DNA of 64,000 nucleotides, from assembly GCA_001004885.1 (NCBI GenBank), contig LCRX01000011.1, positions 2,000-65,999 of the forward strand, read 5' to 3'. The notes under the pieces were generated by a model. The model searched no databases, was not told the origin of the DNA, and was given only the letters and a program-made list of their open reading frames with translations. Numbering within the stretch: the first letter of the stretch is position 1; every line of letters starts with the position of its first letter. Below, piece after piece: positions 19,136 through 28,893 of this stretch. The position numbers were made by a program, and so were the translations under genes. Source of the DNA: Candidatus Magasanikbacteria bacterium GW2011_GWA2_56_11 (GTDB taxonomy: Bacteria; Patescibacteriota; Patescibacteriia; Magasanikbacterales; UBA922).

Positions 19136-19299
19136 GAGAGAGCCGGGAACTGCTCACTGGCGTTAGGGGAGTATAGAAGAGTTATCCGCGGAGCGCAAGA
19201 CTTGCGTGTAGTCCCGCATTTCCGTATACTGTTTAGAACCCACCCCAGAATAACTCCTGGTTCTAAACTGGCTCATAATTATTTTTTGCGATCGCCTCT

Positions 19300-20043
19300 A
19301 TGGAATCAATCCCGGTTAAGCATCATCCCGACATCCGCTGGGTGGCGGCGGCGAGCGCCGTTATTACCGCCTTAGTGGCCGGCGGGATCATTTATTGGAA
19401 CAGCGCCATCGAAGTCCGCAACGAATTGGCGGCGGCGCGGGCCGAGAACGATGAGACGGTAGAAGGTCTGCGGGCGGAAATCGGCGGTTTGCGGCTGATT
19501 GTCGAGGGCATGAAACAAGAATTAACCGCCAAAAACGCCGGCCTCACCGCGCCCGCCGGACCAGTTACGTCTCAGGCGCTGTTTACGAGTAGACACGGTT
19601 TTTCGTTGCGCTATCCCCAGTCGTGGATCGTGGTCGACACGGCTAGCGAAGACTATGCCACCCTGGCCGAGGCGCAAAAGACTCTGGGTAATCACCTGGC
19701 ATTTTTGAGCTTTGTACCCCAATCGGCCCCGGTTGAGGGCGTGCCGGCTCACCAAGCCAAGCTCGAGCTGTGGGTGTACAGTACGCCGCCCCAAAAGGGC
19801 CTGGACGAGTGGATCGGCGCCAATCACGCGGCCAAGGATATACTGTCGGTGGCCGACCTCCAGGTCGGTCCGTTTGCGGGAAAGATGGTCGAGGCTGCGG
19901 CAGAACCAGAGGGCATCCGGGTGATTTATTTTCAGGCGCAAAGTCTTTGGGTGCAGGCAAACGTGTATCCGGAGAACACGGAGCGCCTGGAGGAAGTGAA
20001 GGCAATCCTGGCCGCCTTTGTCCCGGAAGCCGATAACCTTTGA
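19300..20043 (+). CDS. hypothetical membrane-anchored protein (247 aa)
   Basis: N-terminal TM helix, coiled-coil, then an extracytoplasmic domain. Confidence 0.6.
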   Translation: MESIPVKHHPDIRWVAAASAVITALVAGGIIYWNSAIEVRNELAAARAENDETVEGLRAEIGGLRLIVEGMKQELTAKNAGLTAPAGPVTSQALFTSRHGFSLRYPQSWIVVDTASEDYATLAEAQKTLGNHLAFLSFVPQSAPVEGVPAHQAKLELWVYSTPPQKGLDEWIGANHAAKDILSVADLQVGPFAGKMVEAAAEPEGIRVIYFQAQSLWVQANVYPENTERLEEVKAILAAFVPEADNL

Positions 20044-20048
20044 TTTTT

Positions 20049-20390
20049 ATGACTCTCCTTATCCGCTGGCTCATCAACGCGGTTACGCTTTTGGCTCTGG
20101 CCCGTTATCTGCCCGGCATTGAGGTGAACGGCTGGTACGCGGCTATCGTGGCCGCGCTGGTACTCGGGCTCGTGAACGCGCTTGTCCGCCCTGTCCTGGT
20201 TCTTCTCACGCTGCCGATTACCGTCATTACCCTGGGCCTTTTCACTCTCGTCATCAACGCCGTTTTGTTTTGGTTCGTCGCCAGCTTTGTGGACGGCTTT
20301 TCGGTGGCCGGTTTCTGGCCGGCTTTTTGGGGAGCGCTCGCCATGACTCTTGTCAGCTGGCTCGCGGGCTGGCTCCTTAAGGGCAAATAA
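20049..20390 (+). CDS. phage-holin-4_2/DUF360-family 4-TM membrane protein
   Basis: …LARYLPGIEVNGWYAAIVAALVLGLVNALVRPVLVLLTLPITVITLGLF… matches the DUF360 pattern. Start taken at the first ATG. Confidence 0.6.
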   Translation: MTLLIRWLINAVTLLALARYLPGIEVNGWYAAIVAALVLGLVNALVRPVLVLLTLPITVITLGLFTLVINAVLFWFVASFVDGFSVAGFWPAFWGALAMTLVSWLAGWLLKGK

Positions 20391-20391
20391 T

Positions 20392-20529
20392 ATGCGCAAT
20401 TATGCCTCCCGCGCCCACAAAGGGCGCACAGCCTATCGTACGCCGAGCAGCTTCAAAGCGCGGCGTCCGGAGGCAACGAAACGGCAGAAACAAAATCGCG
20501 TGGATTTAAAGCCGCCCTTGGCCAAATAG
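20392..20529 (+). CDS. small very basic protein (45 aa, MRNYASRAHKGRTAYR…), below the ORF-track cutoff
   Basis: Hand-translated; starts 1 nt after the upstream stop; ribosomal-protein-like composition. Confidence 0.25.
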   Translation: MRNYASRAHKGRTAYRTPSSFKARRPEATKRQKQNRVDLKPPLAK

Positions 20530-20578
20530 CTGGCGCCCTATGGGGCATTTTTATCAGTCCACGATTTAATTTTAAATT

Positions 20579-21268
20579 ATGCCCAGTATTCCGAAAATTC
20601 TCTCTGTCGGCGGTTCCATCATCATTCCGAAGACCGGCTTTGACATCGCGTTTTTAAAGCGCTTCCGCGCTCTTATCCTAAGCCGAGTAAAAAAAGGCGA
20701 GCGTTTCGTACTGGTAACGGGCGGCGGAGCGACTTGCCGGCAGTACCAGGAAGCGGCGGCGCAGGTGCGGAAACTCACGCCCGACGATCTGGACTGGATG
20801 GGGATTTACACCACTATTTATAACGCCCAGTTTGTCCGGCTTTTGTTTAAAGAATACGCCTATCCGGAAATAATCACGAACCCGCACCGGAAAGTAAACA
20901 CCGCCAAGCCGATTATCATGGCGGCCGGCGAAAAGCCCGGCGCTTCGAGCGACATTGACGCGGTGGAACTGGCCCATACGTATGGAGCCAAGGAAGTCTT
21001 CAACCTTTCTAACGTGGAGTATGTTTATGACCGCGATCCGAATAAGTACCACGATGCAGTCCGGATCGAGGCCATTGATTGGGCCAGTTTCCGCCGGGAT
21101 ATCGTCGGCACGAAATGGGTTCCGGGATTCAACGCGCCTTTTGACCCGACGGCGAGCGCCAAGGCGCAGAAATACGGTTTGAAAGTCTCGATTGTGCGCG
21201 GTACCGATTTGCCGGAAGTGGCCAAGGCTCTGCGGGGCAGGAAATTCCGGGGAACGGTAATCAGCTGA
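20579..21268 (+). CDS. pyrH: uridylate (UMP) kinase, archaeal-type amino-acid-kinase fold
   Basis: …SVGGSII…VTGGG… and overall similarity to archaeal PyrH (229 aa) rather than bacterial UMPK. Confidence 0.65.
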   Translation: MPSIPKILSVGGSIIIPKTGFDIAFLKRFRALILSRVKKGERFVLVTGGGATCRQYQEAAAQVRKLTPDDLDWMGIYTTIYNAQFVRLLFKEYAYPEIITNPHRKVNTAKPIIMAAGEKPGASSDIDAVELAHTYGAKEVFNLSNVEYVYDRDPNKYHDAVRIEAIDWASFRRDIVGTKWVPGFNAPFDPTASAKAQKYGLKVSIVRGTDLPEVAKALRGRKFRGTVIS

Positions 21269-21299
21269 TCGGAGCCTCGGCGCCAGGCTGCATTGATGA

Positions 21300-21327
21300 G
21301 CTAAGCCACCCGCCACGGGTGGCTTAG
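21300..21327 (+). terminator. hairpin aagccacccg/cgggtggctt downstream of pyrH
   Basis: 10-bp stem read directly; no strong U-tract. Confidence 0.3.
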
Positions 21328-21419
21328 GTTTGCCTTGCGGGTACCTTCACTGTTCCTGCGTTTGGCGGCTTTGGCGAGCCTTGAAAGCCGGTATGAAATA
21401 GAGTAGTGTAGAGCTACGT

Positions 21420-23264
21420 ATGTCTGATACCCAACTAATAAAAGACAAACTGGATATTGTAGACCTTATCGGCGAGTACGTGCAGCTCAAACCGGCGGGC
21501 GTAAACCACAAAGGGCTCTGTCCGTTTCACCACGAGAAGTCGCCGTCATTTATGGTCAACCGCGAGCGCCAGAGCTGGCACTGTTTCGGCTGCAGCAAAG
21601 GCGGAGATGCTTTTACTTTTGTCGAGGAAATGGAGGGCATGGAGTTTGTCGAGGCGCTTAAGTACCTCGCCAACCGTGCGGGCGTAGCCTTGTCCGCGGC
21701 GGAAAAAAATTCGGTCGAAACCAGTCAGCGCAACCGCCTCAAGGAAATCAACCGCGAGGCAGCCCGCTTTTTCCATAATTTTTTGCTTAAAATGGAGGCG
21801 GCCCGGCCGGCGCGCGAGTACCTGGCGGGGCGCGCTCTTGGGGAAGAGACTCTCGAGGAGTGGCAGATCGGATTTGTGCCGGACCAGTGGGATCTTTTGA
21901 CCAAGTATCTGCTCAAAAAGGGTTACAGCATAGACGACCTCGTGGCCTCCGGCCTTACCATCAAGCGCGATAGCGCCGACCAGGCGAGCGGACGCGGTTT
22001 TTATGACCGCTTCCGCGGCCGTATCATGTTTCCGATTTGGGACATCCACGACTCTGTTGTCGGATTCACCGGCCGCGTGCTGGTGGAAACCGAACATTCG
22101 GGCGGCAAATACGTGAACACGCCGCAGTCGCCGGTCTACGACAAGTCGCGCGTGGTTTTCGGTTTGAACCGCGCGAAGAAAGAAATCAAGGCGAAGAATT
22201 TAATCGTCGTGGTGGAAGGCCAAATGGATGTGATTGCCTGCCACCAGTCGGGAATGAAAAACGTGGTGGCATCGAGCGGAACCGCGCTGACCGCGGACCA
22301 GATAGCCCTGCTCAAGCGCTACGCATCTGCCCTGGCGATTGCTTTCGACGCGGATGCCGCCGGACAGAATGCGGCTAAACGCGGCATTGACCTGGCCCGC
22401 GAGGCTGGACTCTCGGTACGCGTGATCCGTATTCCGCCGGGAGCGGGCAAGGATCCGGACGAGTGCCTGCGCCAGAGTCCGGCAGTCTGGGAGCGCGCGG
22501 TGGCCGAGGCCGAGGATATTATGGCCTGGTATTTGCAGCGCGCTTTGGGCAACAATGTTTTCTCCGATGCGCGATCCAAGCAGCTGGCCGTGAACGAGGT
22601 GATGGCCGAGATCGTCCGCATTCCCTATGCCGTGGAGCGCGATCACTGGCTGAAAGTGCTTTCCGAGCGCACCGGTGAAGAAGTGCAGGTGCTGCGGGAA
22701 AACATGTCCGAGCTCAAAAAAAGTCTCCGCTCTGCGTCGGTCCCTGGCCGTTCCGGTGCGCCCGTCTTGGCGGCGCCCAAGGCTGACTTTCCTAATCGCG
22801 GCCGTTTAGCCTTTTCTTTCGAGCGGCTGCTCGCGTTGGTACTGAAGTTTCCGCCGCTCTTGCCCGGCGCTATCAGCCAACTGTCCGCCTTGCCCGCTCT
22901 CGAAGCGGCCGTGGCTTCTTTGCCCGGGGCTGGACCACTTTACGCCGCGCTCAAAAAAGACTATACTACAAACAATTCTTTTGACATTGATAAACTCCGT
23001 ACGATTCAGACCGAGACAAGCGCGGAGCCGGTGGCCGATGTTCTCCTCATGAAAGCCGATGTGGACTATTTTGGCGTTGGGCAGGCAGAGGCGGCCATAG
23101 AGGCGCGACGCTTGTTGGCGCTTATCCACGATGAATGGTTGCGGGAGCGCCGGCGCGTGCTGCAGGGCCGATTGCGGGAGGCAGAATCAGCCGGAGACAG
23201 CGAACGTGTGGCCGCGCTGTTGCTTGAGTCTCAGGATCTAATGCGTAGCGGCGGGGCCGAGTAG
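21420..23264 (+). CDS. dnaG: DNA primase
   Basis: Zinc ribbon CPFHHEKSPSF…CFGC and a TOPRIM region. Confidence 0.9.
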   Translation: MSDTQLIKDKLDIVDLIGEYVQLKPAGVNHKGLCPFHHEKSPSFMVNRERQSWHCFGCSKGGDAFTFVEEMEGMEFVEALKYLANRAGVALSAAEKNSVETSQRNRLKEINREAARFFHNFLLKMEAARPAREYLAGRALGEETLEEWQIGFVPDQWDLLTKYLLKKGYSIDDLVASGLTIKRDSADQASGRGFYDRFRGRIMFPIWDIHDSVVGFTGRVLVETEHSGGKYVNTPQSPVYDKSRVVFGLNRAKKEIKAKNLIVVVEGQMDVIACHQSGMKNVVASSGTALTADQIALLKRYASALAIAFDADAAGQNAAKRGIDLAREAGLSVRVIRIPPGAGKDPDECLRQSPAVWERAVAEAEDIMAWYLQRALGNNVFSDARSKQLAVNEVMAEIVRIPYAVERDHWLKVLSERTGEEVQVLRENMSELKKSLRSASVPGRSGAPVLAAPKADFPNRGRLAFSFERLLALVLKFPPLLPGAISQLSALPALEAAVASLPGAGPLYAALKKDYTTNNSFDIDKLRTIQTETSAEPVADVLLMKADVDYFGVGQAEAAIEARRLLALIHDEWLRERRRVLQGRLREAESAGDSERVAALLLESQDLMRSGGAE

Positions 23265-23354
23265 CCCGTGGGACCAAATTGACGGCAGGCAATTGCCCAG
23301 GCGGCAGGACTTTCTTTCCGGCGCCGGCAGTTGTTCGTTGTTAATTTTCAACCA

Positions 23355-24713
23355 ATGGCAAAAAAGACGCGTACAACCAAACACGCCGCGCCGCCCAAAC
23401 GGGCGCATGCGGCCAAAAGGGCAGTATCCAAAGCTGCTAAGCGCACCAAGGCAAAGGAGAAACAGACTCCAGCAAAACGCAACCATACGCGAACCCGGAC
23501 CGCCAAGCAGGGCGTTCGTCCGGTTCGTCTCCCGGAGCGCTGGCACGTCGTTAGGCGTCCGCCCCCGGGCAAGCCAGAGGCGGCCGAAATCAAGCCGCCG
23601 GAAGAGCCGATTATCGCTCCCATCGAGGAGGGGATTAACCGGTTGGTAGCCAAGGGCAGAAACCGCGGGTTTCTGACGGAAAAAGAAATTTTAGGGCTTT
23701 TCCCCCGGCTCGAGCACTACGTGCCTGTTTACGAGCATTTTGTCAACCTCCTCGACAAGAATAGCATCTCGATTGTGGCCGTAGCCGACGGCCTCTTGGG
23801 GATGGAATTGCGGCGGGACGAAATCATCACCGGATTGCAGGGCGAACAGCCGGACGTAGAAGAGGGCTATTTCGATCTAGGCAGCATTTCGCAGGATTCG
23901 ATTCAAATGTACCTGCGTGAAATCGGCAAGGTGCCGCTTTTGACGATGGAAGAAGAAATTGCCCTGGCCAAGCGCAAGGAGCGCGGCGACAAGGACGCGG
24001 AACGCCGCATGATAGAGGCCAATTTGCGTCTGGTAGTGTCTATCGCCAAAAAATTCGTGGGCAAAAGCCTGTCGCTTTTGGACCTGATTCAGGAAGGCAA
24101 CATCGGCCTTTTCCGCGCGGTGAAGAAATTCGATTACCGTAAGGGATATAAGTTTTCCACTTACGCGACTTGGTGGATCCGCCAGGCCATTACGCGCGCC
24201 CTGGCCGACCATTCCCGCACCATCCGCATCCCGGTACACATGGTCGAAACCATCAACCGGCTGCAGCAGGTGGAGAGGCGCTTGTTGCAGGATTTGGGTC
24301 GCGATCCGACGCCCGAAGAGATCGCCGCGGAAATGGGCGAAGAAGTGGACAAGGTCAAACATATAATCAAGATTTCACAGGACACGGTGTCTCTCGAAAC
24401 TTCTGTCGGCGATGACGAGGACGAGGACTCGTCGCTCTCGGATTTTATCGAAGACGTCAAAAACATCAGTCCTTCGCAGGCGGCGGGCGTGGAGCTGCTC
24501 AAGGGCTATATTCAGGACGCTATCGAGGGCCTGTCGCCGCGCGAGCGCAAGATTCTGGAAATGCGTTTTGGACTGGTGGACGGCGTTACCCACACGCTCG
24601 AGGAGGTGGGCAAGGAGTTTGGCGTTACGCGCGAGCGCATCCGCCAGATAGAAGCCAAGGCGCTCGACAAGATCAAGGAGTTCGGCGTGGTAGACAAGCT
24701 CCGCGACTACTAA
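23355..24713 (+). CDS. rpoD: RNA polymerase sigma factor RpoD (sigma-70) with basic N-terminal extension
   Basis: Regions 1.2-4 present (…[15 protein letters not shown]…, …[15 protein letters not shown]…, region 4 HTH). Confidence 0.9.
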   Translation: MAKKTRTTKHAAPPKRAHAAKRAVSKAAKRTKAKEKQTPAKRNHTRTRTAKQGVRPVRLPERWHVVRRPPPGKPEAAEIKPPEEPIIAPIEEGINRLVAKGRNRGFLTEKEILGLFPRLEHYVPVYEHFVNLLDKNSISIVAVADGLLGMELRRDEIITGLQGEQPDVEEGYFDLGSISQDSIQMYLREIGKVPLLTMEEEIALAKRKERGDKDAERRMIEANLRLVVSIAKKFVGKSLSLLDLIQEGNIGLFRAVKKFDYRKGYKFSTYATWWIRQAITRALADHSRTIRIPVHMVETINRLQQVERRLLQDLGRDPTPEEIAAEMGEEVDKVKHIIKISQDTVSLETSVGDDEDEDSSLSDFIEDVKNISPSQAAGVELLKGYIQDAIEGLSPRERKILEMRFGLVDGVTHTLEEVGKEFGVTRERIRQIEAKALDKIKEFGVVDKLRDY

Positions 24714-24718
24714 GCCTT

Positions 24719-25267
24719 ATGTCCAATCCCTTTCAGAAAGACTTGGCGGAAAATGAAATCGGCCGGCTGGCCGAGGACCAAAAAGCGGCCGTTAAGCGCA
24801 TGTTTAAGGCGCGCCGCCTTACAGGGTGGGGCATCGCGCTCCTTGACGGCCTGTTCGCTCTTCCCGCGGTGGCTTTGGCCCTGCGGGCGGTGGATGCGAT
24901 CAATTTTGCGGTCTTGGGCAGCGCGGCTTTGGCGTTGGTCGCGCTGGCGGCCTACGGAGCGGCCATGGTCTACACTAGCCGGGCAGCCGAGCGCTCGGCG
25001 CTCGCGGCCGAAGTAAAAACAGTGAGCGGCATCCCTCTTAAGTACGATTACACCGTGCCGATCAAGGTGCCCGGACCGTCCAACCTGCCCATTACGCATT
25101 TTCTGCGCCTCAAAAACGGCTGGCTCAAGATAGACGGCGTCTCTTACGGCGTCTTGCCCAGTTCGCTCTACCAGGAGATTTCCGGGGAAAAATCGGCGAC
25201 CTTCTATTACATACCGGCCGGCGGCGTTGGCTTCAAAAAACGGCTCATTGTCAATTTTCTTCCTTGA
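24719..25267 (+). CDS. hypothetical membrane protein (182 aa)
   Basis: Two TM helices; starts 5 nt after rpoD. Confidence 0.5.
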   Translation: MSNPFQKDLAENEIGRLAEDQKAAVKRMFKARRLTGWGIALLDGLFALPAVALALRAVDAINFAVLGSAALALVALAAYGAAMVYTSRAAERSALAAEVKTVSGIPLKYDYTVPIKVPGPSNLPITHFLRLKNGWLKIDGVSYGVLPSSLYQEISGEKSATFYYIPAGGVGFKKRLIVNFLP

Positions 25268-25298
25268 GCCGTTCGGATTAGCTTGTGTTGTCCGGCCG

Positions 25299-25880
25299 CT
25301 ACAACAGCCGGCTCGCCACCTCGGGCCAGTTTATTGCCCGGAAAAAAGCGGAGATGTAGTCTGCCCGCCTGATGCCGTAGTCGAGCATGTAAGCGTGCTC
25401 GAAGACGTCCATCACCAAAAGAGGACTCGTGCCGGCCAAGTGCCCGGCGTCGTGTTCGTTTATCCAGATATTGAACAGCCGGCCGCTTCTGGCATCATGG
25501 GCGAGCACCGCCCAGCCGATGCCGCGCATGGCGCCGACGGCCCGGAAGTCTTTTTCCCAGTTTTCGTGCGAGCCAAACTCAGAGGCGATTTTTTGGGCGA
25601 GGGGAGATGACATGTCGAGCGCCGCCGGTTCTTTCGTCATGTTATCGAAGTAGTACTCGTGCAGCCGCATGCCGTTGAATTCCCAGCCAAAGCGGCGGGT
25701 TAATTCCGCGTACTCCGGCGTGTCAGTTTTTCCGGCCTGGAGCATTTCGTCGAGGAGGGAATTAATTTTATTGGCATTCATGACGTATCCTTGGTAGAGG
25801 GTAAAATGATTTTTCAGCATCGTGTCGCTGAAGCCGGGCAGAGGCAACAGCTGGTCGAAGTTTTTTGGTTGGTAGTTCAT
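25299..25880 (-). CDS. sodA: Fe/Mn superoxide dismutase
   Basis: SOD motifs (…HH..YF…, DVWEHAYY-like WEHAYMLDY). Start set at MNYQPK because upstream ORF codons run into MITE copy 4. Confidence 0.9.
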   Translation of the reverse strand: MNYQPKNFDQLLPLPGFSDTMLKNHFTLYQGYVMNANKINSLLDEMLQAGKTDTPEYAELTRRFGWEFNGMRLHEYYFDNMTKEPAALDMSSPLAQKIASEFGSHENWEKDFRAVGAMRGIGWAVLAHDARSGRLFNIWINEHDAGHLAGTSPLLVMDVFEHAYMLDYGIRRADYISAFFRAINWPEVASRLL

Positions 25881-25907
25881 ATTTTTTATTATTTTTTGCG
25901 ACGGATT

Positions 25908-26064
25908 GGACTGATAGTGAGTTATCAGCAATTCTCTCCTAAGTTGAGCCGAAACATAGACTGATTTTCGCGGCACCAATGTCTGAGCCTGTAAGAGCGA
26001 GTTTTGGTGCCGCGAAAATCAGTCTATGTTTCGGCGAAAAAGGGGGAAACTTGCTATGAGTTCA
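25908..26064 (+). repeat. MITE-like repeat family 1, copy 4
   Basis: Perfect 30-bp stem with the cg/cg variant. Confidence 0.8.
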
Positions 26065-26287
26065 TTCTAAAATTTAGTATATATTGACGAGGCGTAGCCA
26101 GTCAACGGCCGCCGTTGGTCATCGTGATCGCTGTATTGTCCACATTGTCGCTCGAATGTTATTGTGCTACACTAGGACTCATCTCAAAACCCATTCGGGA
26201 GTATGGCAGGCGAAAAATCCTGGGCTGTAGCCAAGCGTGACAGCAGAACCGGGATGACCATTTTTTGTTATTTACTCTAACTTATAG

Positions 26288-27181
26288 TTGACTATGTCGC
26301 AACCGCACTTGGAACATCGGCCGGAGATGGAGCATCGAGAGCCGTCAGCGCCGAGGCCGGAGAGTCCGGCGCGATCTGTTTTTAGCGTTTTGACGCCTGG
26401 CCAGACGTTTGCCGTCGGGCTTGTGGGCGGCGTTATGGTCCTGTGTACGATAGGTTTTTTTGTCCTGTTGTCCGTACTTTTGAGCGGTTCCGGCAGACTT
26501 AGTCTGGGAAATAGCGCCGACGGTGCTACCCCGGGCACTGTAACTCCGGGTACTGCGGCCCCGTCCGGCGGTTCCGGCCCCAAGCTGGTTGACATTGCCA
26601 AGGATGTCGGTTTGAATGTCGGCAAGTTTACCAAGTGCGTCCAGGACAAAAAGTTCGCCAGCGCCGTGCAGGCGGACGAGGCCGATGCCCAGAAAATCGG
26701 GGCTCAGGGGACTCCATTTTCCGTGGTCATGGGTCCCAAGGGCGACGCCATCGTTATCGAGGGGGCCTACCCCTACCAGACGGTTGAGGCCGCCATTAAA
26801 AAGCTTAAAGGCGAGAAATTCGAGCTTGAGCCGGGTATTCCGGCCCCGCCCGAGCCGACCACTGGCCTGGCTATCCGCGCTGTCGGCGCCGACGAACCGG
26901 TGAAGGGCAATCAGAACGCCAAGATTACTATCGTGGAATATTCCGACTTTGAGTGTCCTTTCTGCAAACGCTATCACGATACCATGGCTCAGATCATCGC
27001 CAAATACGGCAACGAGGTACGCTGGGTCTACCGGCATTTGCCTCTCGACAGCCTGCACCGCAAGGCGCGCACCGAGGCCTTGGCCGCCGAGTGCGCCGGG
27101 GAGCAGGGAAAATTCTGGGAATTTACCGACCAGGTTTTTGCGGTAACACCGTCCAATGACGGCATTGATATCACGATCTAG
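26288..27181 (+). CDS. DsbA-like thioredoxin-fold oxidoreductase, membrane-anchored
   Basis: TM anchor, Gly/Pro-rich linker, CPFC active site in a DsbA-like domain. Confidence 0.75.
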   Translation: MTMSQPHLEHRPEMEHREPSAPRPESPARSVFSVLTPGQTFAVGLVGGVMVLCTIGFFVLLSVLLSGSGRLSLGNSADGATPGTVTPGTAAPSGGSGPKLVDIAKDVGLNVGKFTKCVQDKKFASAVQADEADAQKIGAQGTPFSVVMGPKGDAIVIEGAYPYQTVEAAIKKLKGEKFELEPGIPAPPEPTTGLAIRAVGADEPVKGNQNAKITIVEYSDFECPFCKRYHDTMAQIIAKYGNEVRWVYRHLPLDSLHRKARTEALAAECAGEQGKFWEFTDQVFAVTPSNDGIDITI

Positions 27182-27191
27182 CCGGCGCCGT

Positions 27192-27773
27192 ATGCCCGAT
27201 AACGAACACCCAAAAGGTCGGGAGCAGGTAGCGCCGGTTCCGGAGCTAACAGCGGCCGAGTTGGACAGTCTGTGTTTTGCCGCCAACCCAGAGGACCTCA
27301 AGATCGCGCGAGATTTGTGCGCGGCAAAAGGAATCCCCGAGGGGAAGCTTAGCGCTCACATTAGGGTGGCAGGCAAGGATGTGTTTATCGACACGACCGC
27401 GGACGGTTTCGGTACTGTGCTTACCGCTGACGCTCTCGATGCCGGGGTAGCGGCGGACGAACCGTGGTTGAATCCTCATGTACGTCGAGCGGTGCGAGAA
27501 CAGGGTAAACAAGACAATTTACCGCCCGCGGACGATGAATTTACCCTGGAACAGGCAAAAACGCCTCAGGTGGGCGGCCGGGTTTTTTATGCGCCGGCCG
27601 GCAGTGAGACAATTTACCAGGGCCTAATCCGCGAGGTGAAGCCCGATTACGGCGATCCCGGAGTTCTGGGAATAAAATTGGAGTTGGTAGATTCGCAGCA
27701 AACCGTCTGGGTTTCCTGGGATAAATGCGTGCCGCTCCAAACAGAAATGCCCTATTTGGCTTCTAAGAAATGA
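27192..27773 (+). CDS. hypothetical protein
   Basis: ORF 27156-27773; likely start MPDNEH; no family assigned. Confidence 0.45.
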   Translation: MPDNEHPKGREQVAPVPELTAAELDSLCFAANPEDLKIARDLCAAKGIPEGKLSAHIRVAGKDVFIDTTADGFGTVLTADALDAGVAADEPWLNPHVRRAVREQGKQDNLPPADDEFTLEQAKTPQVGGRVFYAPAGSETIYQGLIREVKPDYGDPGVLGIKLELVDSQQTVWVSWDKCVPLQTEMPYLASKK

Positions 27774-27836
27774 TTTTATTACCCTGATACGTTTTAGTCC
27801 CAATACCGGCGCCTTTATTCTGAAGGGGGCCGGTTT

Positions 27837-28733
27837 TTATTTCATTAGCAGCGCCAGGCCTTCGAAGCCGCGGCCGAAGAAGTTAGTTTTAAATTCGGAC
27901 AGAAAGTTGTCCATGACGTGCTTGGTTGCCGGGTCTTTTATCTTGGCTGTAAGCACCAGAATGTGCTGGTCGACAAACGCGCTCCGGTAATCGGCTCCGG
28001 CAGACGGGCGGTAGCAGTAGTGTTCCAGGTAAAATTGATGGTCCATCTGGTCCATGATTTTTCCGATCACCGCCTCGTCGCTGTCGCCGTGTTCGAACTC
28101 CTCCCAGAGCGCTTTTAATTCTTCTCGGCCGGTTTCTTCCAGATAACCGCCCAAAAGGTCTATGGCCCGCTCGGCGATGCGGTCCTTGGCTTCGCGGAGG
28201 TCCGGGTACCGGCGGTTTAGCGGACCGGAAATGTCGCCGCCGAAGAGCTCGCCCAGATCGTGTATAAGCGCCATAATAACTAGCCTGGAGACATTTATCT
28301 GCCCTCCGGCGCGTTCGATCTCCCGGGCTATAAAATAGGCCGAGAGCGCGGTGGTGTAGTGGTGTTCGGCCAAAGTCGCCGTCTGGCTGAGCTTAAGGCC
28401 GGCAGTGAGATAACCGGTAAGCGGCTGCTCCTTGGTGAGCTGCAGAAGCGAAAACAGCCGGACGAGATTCGACACGTCGCACTTTATTTCCGGCATATTT
28501 TCCGGCGTTTGTTCCTTAATCTCAGCGAACCGCGGCACCTTTTGTCCGTCCGGCAGCTCGACCTCTTCACTAAACATTTTGAGCGGCCGCACGCACCAGC
28601 GCCACTTGGGGTCTGTGTCATAGAGTGCTTCGTAGAGCACCATGGGCTCTTCGCTCTCGGAGTGGGTGGCGACGCGGTGGAGGCGGTAAAGGCCGCCCCG
28701 GTAGTGGCGGTAAATACCGGGTGTAATATCCAT
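27837..28733 (-). CDS. DUF1653-HD domain fusion phosphohydrolase
   Basis: N-terminal YRHYRGGLYR…DPKWRWCVRP (DUF1653-like); C-terminal HD motif …IHDLGELFGGD…. Confidence 0.65.
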   Translation of the reverse strand: MDITPGIYRHYRGGLYRLHRVATHSESEEPMVLYEALYDTDPKWRWCVRPLKMFSEEVELPDGQKVPRFAEIKEQTPENMPEIKCDVSNLVRLFSLLQLTKEQPLTGYLTAGLKLSQTATLAEHHYTTALSAYFIAREIERAGGQINVSRLVIMALIHDLGELFGGDISGPLNRRYPDLREAKDRIAERAIDLLGGYLEETGREELKALWEEFEHGDSDEAVIGKIMDQMDHQFYLEHYCYRPSAGADYRSAFVDQHILVLTAKIKDPATKHVMDNFLSEFKTNFFGRGFEGLALLMK

Positions 28734-28893
28734 AGTTTTGGCAGATAATATTCACTATCCTACTCTAATTGCCGGCACGGCGCAACTGGCCGTTTTTTTT
28801 AAGTAATCGACTTACTGGCCGCAGCAGAAGTATTGACAAGATATTGTTTTGGGCGTACTTTCATCTTGTTTCGTACACACAGGGGGACATACC

